Below are positions 48,335 through 59,110 of a stretch of DNA of 64,000 nt, piece after piece. Where the stretch lies: contig CAVSHR010000002.1 in the NCBI GenBank assembly GCA_963727625.1, positions 736,001-800,000 on the forward strand, in the 5' to 3' direction. The translations under genes and the position numbers were made by a program. The first letter of the stretch is position 1, and every line of letters starts with the position of its first letter. The DNA is from an uncultured delta proteobacterium. Its GTDB lineage: Bacteria > Desulfobacterota > Binatia > UBA9968. Under the pieces are notes generated by a model. The model did no database searches. It was not told the origin of the DNA and saw only the letters and a program-made list of their open reading frames with translations.

Positions 48335-49339
48335 ATGATGCTGATCAAATCTCTCGTTACTTTTTTTGTCGGTTGCACATGGCTATTTGTAAGCGCGGTC
48401 GGGTTTGCCGCCGCCCCGCTCGATTCGGTTACGGTTGCTTATTCCTCTTTCTCCGGGGCTTACGCGCCCATCTGGATCGCCCTCGAAGAGCGTCTGGGGA
48501 GAAGACACGGGATCGATTTGAAAGTGATCTACGCCGGCAGAATACGGCCGCAGCAGCTGCTCGCCAGCGGCGAAGTGCCCTATGTCGTTGCCACGGGCAC
48601 CGGTGCGCTGACCTCGCATATTCTCGGCGTCAAAGACCAAGAGATCATCCTAACGCTTATCAACAAAGTGAATTCCGCGATTTTCACGCGCAGCGACATT
48701 AAGACTGCGGAGGATTTGCGCGGCAAGACGATCGCGACGGGTCGGCCCGGCGCATTTGGCGACATGATGGTTCGCTATGTGCTCCGTGCCAAGCTTGGCC
48801 TCGTGCCGGACCGCGACGTCAAGCTGCTCGCCATCGGCGAAGCCCAGTTGGCTTTACCGGCGCTCGAGCGCGGCATCGTACAGGCGGCGTCGCTGACGTT
48901 ACCGGCGACTTTGATCGCAAAGCAGATGGGCTACCGCGAACTGGTCAACTACGACAACGTCGGCGTGATCTATCCGTACAATACTGTCACGACGCTCAGG
49001 CAGACGCCGGGAAAAAACCCTGAATTGGCGGAGAAATTCCTGAAGACGATGATCGAGGCAATCCACGTGATGAAAACCGATAAGGCCAAGAGTCTCGCCG
49101 TTATGAAGAAATATATGCGCGGCGCCAGCGACGATATATTGGAGGAAACTTATCAATACACCGCCGCCAACGTCGAAGAAGTGCCGACGCCGCGGTTGGA
49201 TGTCATCAAGGCGGCTCTCGATATTTTGTCCTACCAGTACCCGCAAGCGAAGGGGGTCGATCCGAACGCGATCATCGATACATCCTATATGAAGCGTATC
49301 GAACAGAGCGGGTTTATCAAAGCGCTTTATAAGAAATGA
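48335..49339 (+). CDS. NitT/TauT family ABC substrate-binding protein
   Basis: Signal peptide; APIWIA, DLRGKTIA, GLVPDRDV, SGFIKALY. Confidence 0.9.
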   Translation: MMLIKSLVTFFVGCTWLFVSAVGFAAAPLDSVTVAYSSFSGAYAPIWIALEERLGRRHGIDLKVIYAGRIRPQQLLASGEVPYVVATGTGALTSHILGVKDQEIILTLINKVNSAIFTRSDIKTAEDLRGKTIATGRPGAFGDMMVRYVLRAKLGLVPDRDVKLLAIGEAQLALPALERGIVQAASLTLPATLIAKQMGYRELVNYDNVGVIYPYNTVTTLRQTPGKNPELAEKFLKTMIEAIHVMKTDKAKSLAVMKKYMRGASDDILEETYQYTAANVEEVPTPRLDVIKAALDILSYQYPQAKGVDPNAIIDTSYMKRIEQSGFIKALYKK

Positions 49340-49648
49340 GAGCTCTTTACAGAAAGCTAAAACTCGTGCAAAGGACAATTTCAAATTCCCACGGGAAGAC
49401 CTGCGTGTGACTCCAGCCTCGACGATCTGAAAGTCGAGTTTCAAAAGTCAGATCGCGGCGATGATTCCCACGCTCTTGCAGCAAATGTCTGCGAGGCTCG
49501 TTTCTCTACCGGAGTTGTCCTTCTGAGACCATCGAAAAGGAATTTGTACGATTCGTTCAGGCTCACAAGGAATGATCTCCCCTTGAGTTGAAAAGAACAA
49601 GGCTCGATGCCAGGGCCGGTGTCATTCCGCTACACGCTCGAATAAAAG

Positions 49649-50935
49649 ATGTGCAAAACCCCTTTGTGTCCAACCGTGCCGCGCTGGGTAGAACGAATGA
49701 AGCCGGGTTGTTGGTATCAAATCTCCGGTCATCATCCTGACCTCGATTTATCACCTACGCCTGCGGGCACGCGGTATCTTGTGGACAACGATCCCGCTGG
49801 TGACGTCAAGATCAATCCTGCCAAAGGAGCCAAGGAGAGATTGCGCCGATGGTTGGGCCGGCGCCCTCATGCGCCCTGGGAAGGACGCTGCGGGTTTCCC
49901 TCGATCACCGAAGGCTGGAACGGTGCGGTGTTCGCGTCGCGTTTGGGAGTTAGTGGCTCGATGATCATCTTCGGCGGCGGCCATAACGACTACTTCGGCT
50001 CCGACATTCATGCATTCGACCTCAGCACAAGGCAGTGGTCGCGAATTTCGGATGGCTATGTTTCTGGAGGAGTTGACGCCTATGGCGCGGGCTCGGTCTA
50101 TCCCGACTCGGTCTATCCCGACGGTTCGCCCTTACCGCCGCATACTTACGGTTATGTGCAATATGATCCGGCGGGGAATGATTACTTGCTGCTCAAGGGG
50201 CAGTTGGAACTAGGACCGGACGTCAAAGCTGCGCCGATATCGCATATGTTTAATCTGGATTCGTTGACATGGCGCAGAGGCCCTAAACATCCGTCGGCGA
50301 TTCTTAATTCCGGCGGCTGGACAACGTGGGATGCATCGCGTCGGATTCTCTGGGGCCACTCCGGCGAGAACGGCAACGGGTTTATCGGTTTCACTCCCGA
50401 TGGCGATAACGGCGATGGCACTTTCGGATCTTGGACGACGCTTTATCCAAAGAAAATTCAATCGGCCGATCACAATACGATGGCGATCGATCCAGTGCGC
50501 GATTGTATCGTCGTGGTGGTCAACGCCGCAAATGCGCTTTATGCGCTCGACCCGAGCGCGCCGGAGGGAGAAATGGTGCGGCTTTCGAGTTCGGGCGATC
50601 AGCCAATCCTTGCAGAGTGTGCCGCGCTCGAATACGCGCCAACTCTGCATCGATTCGTTTATTACTCCGCGAAAAGTGGGCCGCGGCTTTATTCGATCAC
50701 CGGGCCCAATGGATCTTCGCGGGGGCAGCGGAATGACGGCGCGTGGAAATGGAGAAATATTCTAGATGGAGACAACCGCCTCGACCCGATTGCGCATGCG
50801 GCAAGCCATACAAAGTACAATCTTAACAGAGATCACACCTTCGGGCGCTTTCGCATCGCTACCTATGGGACATTCGAGTTGGCGGTTCTGGTTCGACACG
50901 TAGATACGCCTGTTTACGCGATGATGCTCAGCTAG
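49649..50935 (+). CDS. Hypothetical beta-propeller (Kelch-like) protein
   Basis: FGGGHNDY, AFDLSTRQW, PHTY, FNLDSLTW; repeated beta-rich units; no signal peptide. Confidence 0.65.
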   Translation: MCKTPLCPTVPRWVERMKPGCWYQISGHHPDLDLSPTPAGTRYLVDNDPAGDVKINPAKGAKERLRRWLGRRPHAPWEGRCGFPSITEGWNGAVFASRLGVSGSMIIFGGGHNDYFGSDIHAFDLSTRQWSRISDGYVSGGVDAYGAGSVYPDSVYPDGSPLPPHTYGYVQYDPAGNDYLLLKGQLELGPDVKAAPISHMFNLDSLTWRRGPKHPSAILNSGGWTTWDASRRILWGHSGENGNGFIGFTPDGDNGDGTFGSWTTLYPKKIQSADHNTMAIDPVRDCIVVVVNAANALYALDPSAPEGEMVRLSSSGDQPILAECAALEYAPTLHRFVYYSAKSGPRLYSITGPNGSSRGQRNDGAWKWRNILDGDNRLDPIAHAASHTKYNLNRDHTFGRFRIATYGTFELAVLVRHVDTPVYAMMLS

Positions 50936-51200
50936 CCCGGCAAAATTGGGGCGGCGAGCAAGTCCGGGGGTCATTTTAACCGAGCCTCGCATCAATGGTT
51001 TCATCGCGCCAAGCGAGTATTTTTGACGTGGATGCCGTCTTCTTTGACGTGGCGAGCGTCAACTGTTTTGCGGCGCGCTGCACGCTGATCGTGAACTGCA
51101 CGCGACACCTGGCGTGCTTCCCAAGGTAGAGTTTGAGAGCTAAGATTTCCGGAGCCATTGCGAGCGTGCCCACTCGGTCAAATGGATCAAAGGAGGGATT

Positions 51201-51566
51201 ATGTCGATCACGCTAAATCATACGATTGTGCCGGCGAAGGATAAAGACAGCGCGGCGAGATTCTTCGCAAAGATTTTCGGTCTCAATTACGAGGGGCCGA
51301 CGGGTCATTTCGCTCCGGTGCGCGTCAACGCGGAGTTAACGCTGGACTTCGATGACGCCGGGTCCTTTGAGCACCACCACTATGCGTTTCACGTCAGTGA
51401 CGATGAGTTCGACGCGATCTTCAAGCGCGTACAGGAGGCCGGTATTCCGTGGGGCAGTGATCCCAGAAACACCACCAACAGCCAATTAAACACCCGAAAG
51501 GGCGGGCGCGGCGTCTATTTTCGCGACCCTGACGGTCACATGCTCGAGCTGCTCACACGCGCATGA
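51201..51566 (+). CDS. VOC/glyoxalase family protein
   Basis: LNHTIV, HYAFHV, GGRGVYFRDPDGHMLE; AGGAGG RBS. Confidence 0.9.
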   Translation: MSITLNHTIVPAKDKDSAARFFAKIFGLNYEGPTGHFAPVRVNAELTLDFDDAGSFEHHHYAFHVSDDEFDAIFKRVQEAGIPWGSDPRNTTNSQLNTRKGGRGVYFRDPDGHMLELLTRA

Positions 51567-51747
51567 CCGAGCGGTTTGATCAACTTTGAAGAGATCGATC
51601 CGACCGCACTCGAGCGGCTAGCTCTTGGGCGAACATACGAAGCACTGGACGCCGCAATCCGCCATGCTCGCGCTGTTTGCGTCGCCCTGCGGAACCGACT
51701 CTTCTCTTCGGATAGAAAAGTTTTCGGATATCTGAAATAGTGCGCTG

Positions 51748-52092
51748 ATGAGCAATAGGATCACCGATATCGGGAAGATGAGAAGCCGTGTCGACGCGGC
51801 AAATCCCAAAGGCGTTTTCGATGGCAGAAAGCTCGCGAAGTTGGGAACTGAAAAGAACCCGGCCATCGTCACGGTACAAACCGACAAGAGACTCAAAGAA
51901 GTAACATCTCTATTCGAAGCGAAGGGTTGGAAATACCGGATTGAGGTAGATCCGGACAAACTCGAGGATATCACCGATCTGACGCGATTACTGAATCCGC
52001 CGAAACCCAAGATCGCCGAACAAAAAGTCGGGCGCAACGCGCCTTGTCCATGCGGCAGCGGGAAGAAATACAAAAACTGCTGCGGCCAGTAA
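51748..52092 (+). CDS. SEC-C motif protein (PBPRA1643-like)
   Basis: KLGTEKNP...VQT...EDITDL and C-terminal [19 protein letters not shown]; start may be 51778. Confidence 0.85.
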   Translation: MSNRITDIGKMRSRVDAANPKGVFDGRKLAKLGTEKNPAIVTVQTDKRLKEVTSLFEAKGWKYRIEVDPDKLEDITDLTRLLNPPKPKIAEQKVGRNAPCPCGSGKKYKNCCGQ

Positions 52093-52161
52093 TGGACGCA
52101 CGAGCGATCTAAGCTATGAATGCGCCGATTAATTCAGATTAATTCAGAGAGGGAGAATACG

Positions 52162-53202
52162 ATGCTGGATGGGAAACTAAGGATTGCGCCGACTTGCTAT
52201 CATATGTTGCACCAGGTGCCGGTGATGACGGCGCACGAAATGAATTTCTTTTACGACGAAGGCCTGGTCACGCCACACGGATCGCTGGGCTATGACATCT
52301 TGACGGAGTCGATCGTGCCTTTCGGGCTCGAGAAACTCGGCATCTCGCAGGCGATGAAGGAAAAATCCATCGATATCGCGCTCGACGTGCAGTCGCGCAC
52401 GGTCTTTTACCAACGCGCGCGGGGCGCGGATCTGTATATTCTCTGCGGCTGGCGCAATCAGCACACCAACGTCTGGATGGCGCCGCCGCATATCAAATCG
52501 CTGCAAGCATTGAAGGGCAAACGCGTCGGCATCAGCGACTTCAACAGCATTCGCCACTGGGCGATCCAGATCCAGCTCAAGAAGGCCGGTTTGGATTTGG
52601 ATCGCGACATCGAGTGGGTGCGGCTCGGGGTGAATACGCGTTTTCACGTAGACGCGATTCGCAGCGGTAAAGTCGAATGTGCGCCGGTGCCGCCCTGGAG
52701 CGCCGAGGATCTGAAAAAAGAAGGCTGCAATGCGCTGGTGTCGCCGGCGGATCAATATCCCGACGGTCGTCCCGAGCGGATCATCGCCGCGACCGGACGT
52801 ATTCTCGAAGAGCGGCCCGACCTGGTGAAGAGTTTCCTTCGAGGAATGATTCGCAGTTATTGGTTTATCCGCGACATGCCGAAAAACTATGAGTACGTTA
52901 ACAATCTCGAAAAGCGGCTTCGACTGAAGAGCGCCGATCCGGAAGAGCGGGTGGTGACCCACTTGCGCACTCCGCGCGATCTCGAAGCCATGCCGTTTCC
53001 ACTCGACGGCAGGGCGACCGGTTTCGAAGACATGCTCAAGGAGGAAGAGCGGCTCGGCGAGCTCAACTATGAAGTTCCGCCGGTCAAAGAGGTGGCCGCG
53101 CAGGATTTGGTCGATGAGGCCTTTAAGGAATTGCGCGCGCGGCCGGAGTTAGATGAGGAGTATCAGCGCGTGAAGGTGATTGAGAAGCGATGGGGTTATT
53201 AG
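52162..53202 (+). CDS. NMT1/SsuA-fold protein lacking a signal peptide
   Basis: FFYDEGL, LKGKRVG, GLDLDRDIEW, LVKSFLRG; no hydrophobic N-terminus. Confidence 0.8.
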   Translation: MLDGKLRIAPTCYHMLHQVPVMTAHEMNFFYDEGLVTPHGSLGYDILTESIVPFGLEKLGISQAMKEKSIDIALDVQSRTVFYQRARGADLYILCGWRNQHTNVWMAPPHIKSLQALKGKRVGISDFNSIRHWAIQIQLKKAGLDLDRDIEWVRLGVNTRFHVDAIRSGKVECAPVPPWSAEDLKKEGCNALVSPADQYPDGRPERIIAATGRILEERPDLVKSFLRGMIRSYWFIRDMPKNYEYVNNLEKRLRLKSADPEERVVTHLRTPRDLEAMPFPLDGRATGFEDMLKEEERLGELNYEVPPVKEVAAQDLVDEAFKELRARPELDEEYQRVKVIEKRWGY

Positions 53203-53253
53203 ACTCAAGCCTTCGGACCGTTTAAACCGTTCTATCATGAGATTTGCCTTTTA

Positions 53254-54702
53254 ATGCCCGTGTCATCACTCGCGATCCTCATCGACTTCGGCAGCACCTT
53301 CACCAAAATCACCGCGGTGGATTTGTCTGCGTCGCGATTGCTCGGCAAGAGCCAGTCGCCGTCCACGGTGTCGACCGATGTGCGCGAAGGGTTGCTGCGC
53401 GCCCTGATCGGTTTGCAGACACGGCATCAAGTCTTCGATCAATCTCCCAAAGATTTGTCCGTTCTGACGGGCCATACCGTTCTCGCCTCGAGCAGCGCCG
53501 CCGGCGGTCTGCGTATCGCCGTGGTCGGTAACGTGCCTGGTTTGACCGTCGAAGCAGCCAATCAAGCGGCGCTTGGCGCCGGCGCCAAGATCGTCGGGTC
53601 GACGGCTTTCAAGCTCGGCCACGATAAGATTGACGATATCGAAAAACTGCGGCCCGACATGATTTTGCTCACCGGCGGGGTCGACGGGGGGGATGAAACG
53701 ACCATTTTGTACAACGCACGAATGCTCGGCGCGTCGGGGCTCGAGGTGCCGATGGTCGTGGCCGGCAATTGCGCAGTGGCGGCGCAAGTGGGTGAAATTT
53801 TGCAGCGCGGCGGCAAGGAAACCAGGGTCGTCGATAACGTTATGCCGAAGGCAGGAACGCTCAGCGTAGAATCGGCGCGGGAAGAGATTCGCAGACTTTT
53901 TATGGAGCGCATTACCCACGCCAAAGGATTGGACGAGGTCAAAGAATTCGCCCCGGTGGTTTTGCCGACTCCCATGGCCGTGCTCGAAGGGCTACGTCTC
54001 GGCGCCGACGGCAGGGACGGCGAAAAGGGCTGGGGCAGTATGCTGGTGATTGACGTCGGCGGTGCAACCACCGACGTCCATTCCATCGGTTATGGCGTTC
54101 CCGCCGGAGAAAACGTCATCGCGCAGGGCTTGGCCGAAGCCTACGCCAAGCGGACGGTTGAAGGGGATTTGGGCATTCGCTTCAATGCCGCGACGATTTT
54201 AGCTCGGGTCGGCTTGGAAAAACTCGAAGCCGATTTGCGCCGGGAATTTCCGACTGCGGCCGTGCCTGCGGGAGCGATTCAGGATTACATCGAACAGATC
54301 AGCCAAGAAACCGGCAGCGTGCCGCAGGCCGAGTGGCATTCGGCCGCCGATGCGGTGCTGGCGCGCGCAGCCGTCGATCTTGCGGTGGCGCGCCATGTCG
54401 GCCGGCGCGAAAGGATCGTCGCGCGCGAGGGCGAGGCCTGGGTGCACTCCGGCAAAGACCTGCGCGATACGCGCACGCTGATCGGCACCGGCGGCGTGTT
54501 CGTGCACAATCCCTTCGCGAAATACATTTTATCGCAGCCGGAGCCAGGCGACGAGCGGGTCCAAGCCCTGCGGCCGAAAAATCCCAATCTGTTTTTGGAT
54601 TCCTCCTACTTGCTCTACGCCGTTGGTCTGCTCGCGGAAAAATACCCCCGAGTCGCGCTCAAGCTATTCACCGATCATTTGCGCCCCGTCCTCCAGGGGT
54701 AA
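53254..54702 (+). CDS. glmL: Glutamate/methylaspartate mutase accessory protein GlmL (ASKHA ATPase, reactivase-like)
   Basis: IDFGSTFTK, SSSAAGGLR, AALGAGA, LLTGGVDGG, PTP, IDVGGATTDVHS, KRTVEGDLG, IGTGG. Confidence 0.88.
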   Translation: MPVSSLAILIDFGSTFTKITAVDLSASRLLGKSQSPSTVSTDVREGLLRALIGLQTRHQVFDQSPKDLSVLTGHTVLASSSAAGGLRIAVVGNVPGLTVEAANQAALGAGAKIVGSTAFKLGHDKIDDIEKLRPDMILLTGGVDGGDETTILYNARMLGASGLEVPMVVAGNCAVAAQVGEILQRGGKETRVVDNVMPKAGTLSVESAREEIRRLFMERITHAKGLDEVKEFAPVVLPTPMAVLEGLRLGADGRDGEKGWGSMLVIDVGGATTDVHSIGYGVPAGENVIAQGLAEAYAKRTVEGDLGIRFNAATILARVGLEKLEADLRREFPTAAVPAGAIQDYIEQISQETGSVPQAEWHSAADAVLARAAVDLAVARHVGRRERIVAREGEAWVHSGKDLRDTRTLIGTGGVFVHNPFAKYILSQPEPGDERVQALRPKNPNLFLDSSYLLYAVGLLAEKYPRVALKLFTDHLRPVLQG

Positions 54703-54810
54703 AACGCAGAGCGAGCTTGTGGCGAAAGATTTCAGGCTTGTGCTGACGTAGTTCTTTAGGAACAGATCACCTCGAGTCCCTCGTGGATTTAGATCTAAAC
54801 GATGCCTGGA

Positions 54811-55686
54811 TCAGCTTGCTCGCGCCGCGATTTCGGCAAGGCGCTCCATTTGATCCAAGTCCTCGGCGCAGGGTCGCAAAATAAATTCATCGACGCCCAT
54901 ATCGGCCTGGCGCCGGATCGACTCCTCTAGCGCGGCGCGGGACGTCGGCAGGGCGCGCAATCGCTTCGCGGCGAGCTCCGGGTTGTAGCCATAGCTTGCG
55001 TTAATATATTGCTTGGCATGCTCAGCGGCGTCCGGTCCGAGCGCGAAATAACTGGCGCCGACCCAACGCGGCTTTCCCTTACGTCCGGCCGCGCGCCAGG
55101 CATCCTCGATGTTCCGCCACATCTTGAGCATGCTCTCCGGCTCGCCGCCGCCCGGCGCCATGTAGCCGTCGCCCCACCTGGCGATGCGCTGCACGATCGC
55201 CGGCACGTAACCGCCGATGAGCATCTGCGGCCCGCCGGGCCGACTTGCCGGCGGGCCGATCGGTCCGATATTTTGGGACAACGCTTCACCCGCCCACAAG
55301 CGGCGCAGGGTCGCCAACTGTTCCTCGCTGCGCCGGCCGCGCCGATGAAAGTCGAAACCGGTCGCCAGATAATCGTTAGGGCGAACGCCGATACCGATTC
55401 CGAGCGTCAATCGGCGGTTGGAAATAACGTCGAGAGTAGCAGCTTGCCGGGCGAGCAGGGTAGTCTCACGCGTCGGGCCGATGACGACGCTGGTCATAAG
55501 GCCGATGCGCCGGGTGGCACCCGCGACCAGGGCCAAGACTGACAGCGGCTCGAGCGCCTGAGCGACTACTCGATCGGTAACGACAAGGCTGGAGAACGGT
55601 CCCTGTTCGGCGCGTGTGGCCCACTCGAGCATCAATTCGCCGGACGCGTTGGCGACCCGGCTGGGTAAACCTAAAGCGATGCGCAT
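54811..55686 (-). CDS. LLM-class flavin-dependent oxidoreductase
   Basis: LARQAATLDVISNRRLTLGIGIG, LIGG, ARWGDG. Confidence 0.88.
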   Translation of the reverse strand: MRIALGLPSRVANASGELMLEWATRAEQGPFSSLVVTDRVVAQALEPLSVLALVAGATRRIGLMTSVVIGPTRETTLLARQAATLDVISNRRLTLGIGIGVRPNDYLATGFDFHRRGRRSEEQLATLRRLWAGEALSQNIGPIGPPASRPGGPQMLIGGYVPAIVQRIARWGDGYMAPGGGEPESMLKMWRNIEDAWRAAGRKGKPRWVGASYFALGPDAAEHAKQYINASYGYNPELAAKRLRALPTSRAALEESIRRQADMGVDEFILRPCAEDLDQMERLAEIAARAS

Positions 55687-55965
55687 CGTCCCTCCAAAAT
55701 AATTGAGGGTGGCCGGTAGGCTGTCGAAACCCGCGGGCCAGAGTCATGTCGGGATACTTATCCAGCGCGCAGGGCGGCTGTCAAATCTGTGCCCGGCTGA
55801 TTGACTCTCGCTGGTTTGTGCAAAGATTGCTGATGCGGGGTCCACGGGCTCCGGCCAGCGCAATCGCGGCCTGAAGGCTCACGCTTATGCGCGGTCGCCG
55901 GGTCCTTTTAATCAAATCGGAGCTGTGGCAAACTCGGCGGATTCATCGATTGGGGAAATCGAGCG

Positions 55966-56916
55966 ATGATGAAAATTGCGATTCACCGCCGGCGATATTG
56001 GAGCTTCCTCATCGGGGTTGCGGCGGCTTGCTTGTTCAGCACGGCGCGGCACGCCGCCGGCGCGCAACCGACGGAAAAGAATATCCAAGCCAAAAGCCTC
56101 ACGTTGGGTCTCGTCTCCGAAGTGCACCGCTCGGCCATCGAAGCGCATTTCGTCGATCTCGTGAGCTACGTGGCGCGCAAGCTATTCGCCGCGCCGGCGA
56201 TGCGCGGCAAAGTTGTCGTCGCTTCCTCGCCGCTTGAGTTGGTTAAGCTGTTGGAGCAAAAGAGCGTTGATTTTTATTTCGAGAGCTCGTACGCAACCTA
56301 CATTGTCAACAACGTTCATGGGGCCGGCAGAGCGCGACTGCGGCGCTGGAAAGGCGGCGTGGCTGAGTATCAAAGCCTGATAATATCGAGAAGCAAAGAG
56401 GGTATCAGGCGTTTACAAGATTTGCCGGGGAATACGATCGTGTTCGAAGACCCCGGCTCGACCTCGGGTTACTTTCTGCCGAAATTCTTCCTCCTGCGAA
56501 ATGGATTCAAGCTCGTGGAAAAGGCGCGGTCCAAACCGCCGGCGCCGACTGCGGCGGTTCGCTATTTGTTCGCCTATTCTCAAGAAAAGCTTCTTGACAT
56601 GGTGATGAAGCAAGCGGGTCACGCGGGAGCCTTCAGCGATCAGGATTACGCCGGCCTCAACGAGAGGAACAAGGCCGAACTCACCGTGCTGGCGCAGACC
56701 GAAAGATTGCCGCGACACCTGGTTTCGTTCCGCGCCGATCTGGCTCCACAGCTCTCCGAGCGGCTGGAGAGAGTTTTGCTCGGCATGGATGGCGATGAAG
56801 AAGGGCGGCGCATTTTAAATCAGGCCGACCACACGACGAAATTCGACATGTTGCCGGGCGGTGAGGAAGCGATGCGCCGGCGCCTCCTCGAAACTTTTTT
56901 CGCCCCCGCAAGATGA
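55966..56916 (+). CDS. PhnD/phosphate-phosphonate-type substrate-binding protein
   Basis: Signal peptide; YQSLII, FEDPGSTSGYFLP, LPRH. Confidence 0.85.
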   Translation: MMKIAIHRRRYWSFLIGVAAACLFSTARHAAGAQPTEKNIQAKSLTLGLVSEVHRSAIEAHFVDLVSYVARKLFAAPAMRGKVVVASSPLELVKLLEQKSVDFYFESSYATYIVNNVHGAGRARLRRWKGGVAEYQSLIISRSKEGIRRLQDLPGNTIVFEDPGSTSGYFLPKFFLLRNGFKLVEKARSKPPAPTAAVRYLFAYSQEKLLDMVMKQAGHAGAFSDQDYAGLNERNKAELTVLAQTERLPRHLVSFRADLAPQLSERLERVLLGMDGDEEGRRILNQADHTTKFDMLPGGEEAMRRRLLETFFAPAR

Positions 56917-57199
56917 ATAGCCGCGAATCACGATTGTTTCGAAAATCTCGCCACCGTTTTAGATAATCCGATGATCTGTCGTTCGCGTAAGCGTATCAGG
57001 GCATCTGTTCGTTCGATGCGATCGGGCGAAAGGTTGGGTTGGAAAACCGCATAAGTTTTCATATCTTCCTCGACGAAATGGCCCGGTCATCGGCCACAGA
57101 GAATCCGCGCCGGGTATGCTATCGTGAAAAACGGCGATTAACTCGGATGCCCAGTCGTATCGGCCGCGCCGGCTGTTTCACTCCAGGAGGCAATTGTCG

Positions 57200-59020
57200 A
57201 TGGTTCCGTTGTTGCAGCAGTGGAAGAAAATCCGCAGCTCATTCACCCATACGCCGAAGGCGCTGCGGCTGGTCTGGCAAGCGAATCGCTCGGCGACCCT
57301 CGGCTTGGCCTTTCTCACTCTCGCCGGAGCGCTGCTGCCGGCGAGCCAGGCTTGGGTCGGCAAGCTGATCGTCGACGGAGTCGTCGCGTCGATCCAGGGC
57401 GGACAGAATGCCGAGCAGGTCCGCGCGGTTTTTTACTATCTGATTCTCGAATTGATCCTGTTTTTGCTGAGCACCGCGCTCAATCACTCGCGCCGGTTGA
57501 TCCAACAACTGATCCAGCTCCAACTGGCCAACCGCATCCGCGCCGATGTCATTCGCAAGGCGCTGACCATGGAGCTGGCCTTCTTCGAACACCCTGATTT
57601 TTACGATCGCTTGCAAAACGCCCGGCGCGAGGGCGGCTATAAACCCGTCGAGTTGATCAACGACAGCTTTCAAATTGTCCAGAATCTGATCACCCTGATT
57701 TCTTTCGCAGCGCTGATGCTGCGCTTCAGCCCGTGGCTCGTGCTGATTCTCTTGGGCACCGGAATCCCTTCGTTTATCGCCGAGACCCGATTTTCCGAAC
57801 AGGGCTTCCGGCTGCTCACGCGGCGCGCGCCGGAAACCCGGCAGATCAATTACCTGGCGCGCTTGCTGACCGAAGATACCGCGGCGAAGGAGATCAAGCT
57901 GTTCAATCTCGGCGACACCTTGCTGAAGCGCTATGTGGCCTTGTTCGACAAATTTTTTCGCGAAGATCGCTCTCTCGCAGTGCGGCGGGCCGTGGCCGGT
58001 TTCAGCCTGGGCTTGATCGCGACGATGGGATTTTACGGTTCCTACGCTTGGATCGTCTGGCGCACGGTGCAGGGCAGCATCTCGCTCGGCGACATGACCC
58101 TGTATTTAAGCATTTTCCGCCAAGGGCAATCGACGTTTCAATCGATTCTCGCCGCCGTGGGAAATATCTACGAGAACAATCTGTTCATGGCCAACTATTT
58201 CGAGTTTCTCGACATCAAACCGCAGATGACGTTCGCCGCGCCGGGTAAAAAGCCGCCTGCTTCACTGCGCCAGGGCGTCGAATTTCGCGGCGTCGGCTTT
58301 CGATATCCGGACAGCGACGAATGGGTCCTGCGCGACGTCGACCTGAGCATCAAGCCGGGCGAGAAGATCGCGCTGGTCGGCCACAACGGCGCGGGTAAAA
58401 CTACCTTGATCAAACTTTTGAGCCGGCTTTACGACCCGACGGAAGGAACCATCCTGTTCGACGGCGTCGATATACGCGAGCTCGATCCCCAGGCGCTCAG
58501 GCAAAAAATCGGCGTGATCTTTCAAGATTTCGTGCGCTATCATTTGCCGGTGCGCGAGAACATCGGCTTCGGCCAGATCGACGCCGCCGACCGCATGGAT
58601 CGCATCGTCGAATCGGCGCGTAAGAGCGGCGCTGAAGCGATGATCGAAGATCTGCCCGAGGGTTACCAGACCATGCTGGGCCGGTGGTTTCACGGCGGGC
58701 ATGAGTTGTCCCTCGGCCAGTGGCAGCGAATCGCGCTCGCTCGCGCGTTCATGCGCGACGCCGAGATCTTGGTCCTGGACGAACCGACGGCCTCTCTGGA
58801 CGCGCAGACCGAATATGAAATCTTTCAACACTTCAAAGAGCTCACCGAGGGAAAGATGGCGATCCTGATCTCGCACCGTTTCTCCACCGTGCGCATGGCC
58901 GATCGTATCGCGGTCATCCAGCACGGACGCATCGCCGAAATCGGCAGCCACGGAGAGCTACTGCGCCGGGAAGGGATTTACGCCGAGTTGTTCGGCATGC
59001 AGGCCGAAGGATATCGGTGA
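57200..59020 (+). CDS. Fused ABC exporter (TMD+NBD, subfamily B-like)
   Basis: AGGAGG RBS; TM region; GHNGAGKT, LSLGQWQRIALAR, LDEPT, ISHR. Confidence 0.92.
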   Translation: MVPLLQQWKKIRSSFTHTPKALRLVWQANRSATLGLAFLTLAGALLPASQAWVGKLIVDGVVASIQGGQNAEQVRAVFYYLILELILFLLSTALNHSRRLIQQLIQLQLANRIRADVIRKALTMELAFFEHPDFYDRLQNARREGGYKPVELINDSFQIVQNLITLISFAALMLRFSPWLVLILLGTGIPSFIAETRFSEQGFRLLTRRAPETRQINYLARLLTEDTAAKEIKLFNLGDTLLKRYVALFDKFFREDRSLAVRRAVAGFSLGLIATMGFYGSYAWIVWRTVQGSISLGDMTLYLSIFRQGQSTFQSILAAVGNIYENNLFMANYFEFLDIKPQMTFAAPGKKPPASLRQGVEFRGVGFRYPDSDEWVLRDVDLSIKPGEKIALVGHNGAGKTTLIKLLSRLYDPTEGTILFDGVDIRELDPQALRQKIGVIFQDFVRYHLPVRENIGFGQIDAADRMDRIVESARKSGAEAMIEDLPEGYQTMLGRWFHGGHELSLGQWQRIALARAFMRDAEILVLDEPTASLDAQTEYEIFQHFKELTEGKMAILISHRFSTVRMADRIAVIQHGRIAEIGSHGELLRREGIYAELFGMQAEGYR

Positions 59021-59110
59021 ATTGGCCAGTTACGTTCCAGCCGTTTGCAACGCTCAAATCGTTCAAGGGATTTAGGAAACAACTGCGAGGATTCGAAAAC
59101 AAGGTGACTG

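Noticed and set aside
57200-59020. ABC exporter as dedicated transporter of the NRPS-like product; LSLGQ signature variant
   Set aside because: Separated from it by a pseudogene and different in base composition; nothing beyond proximity supports the link.
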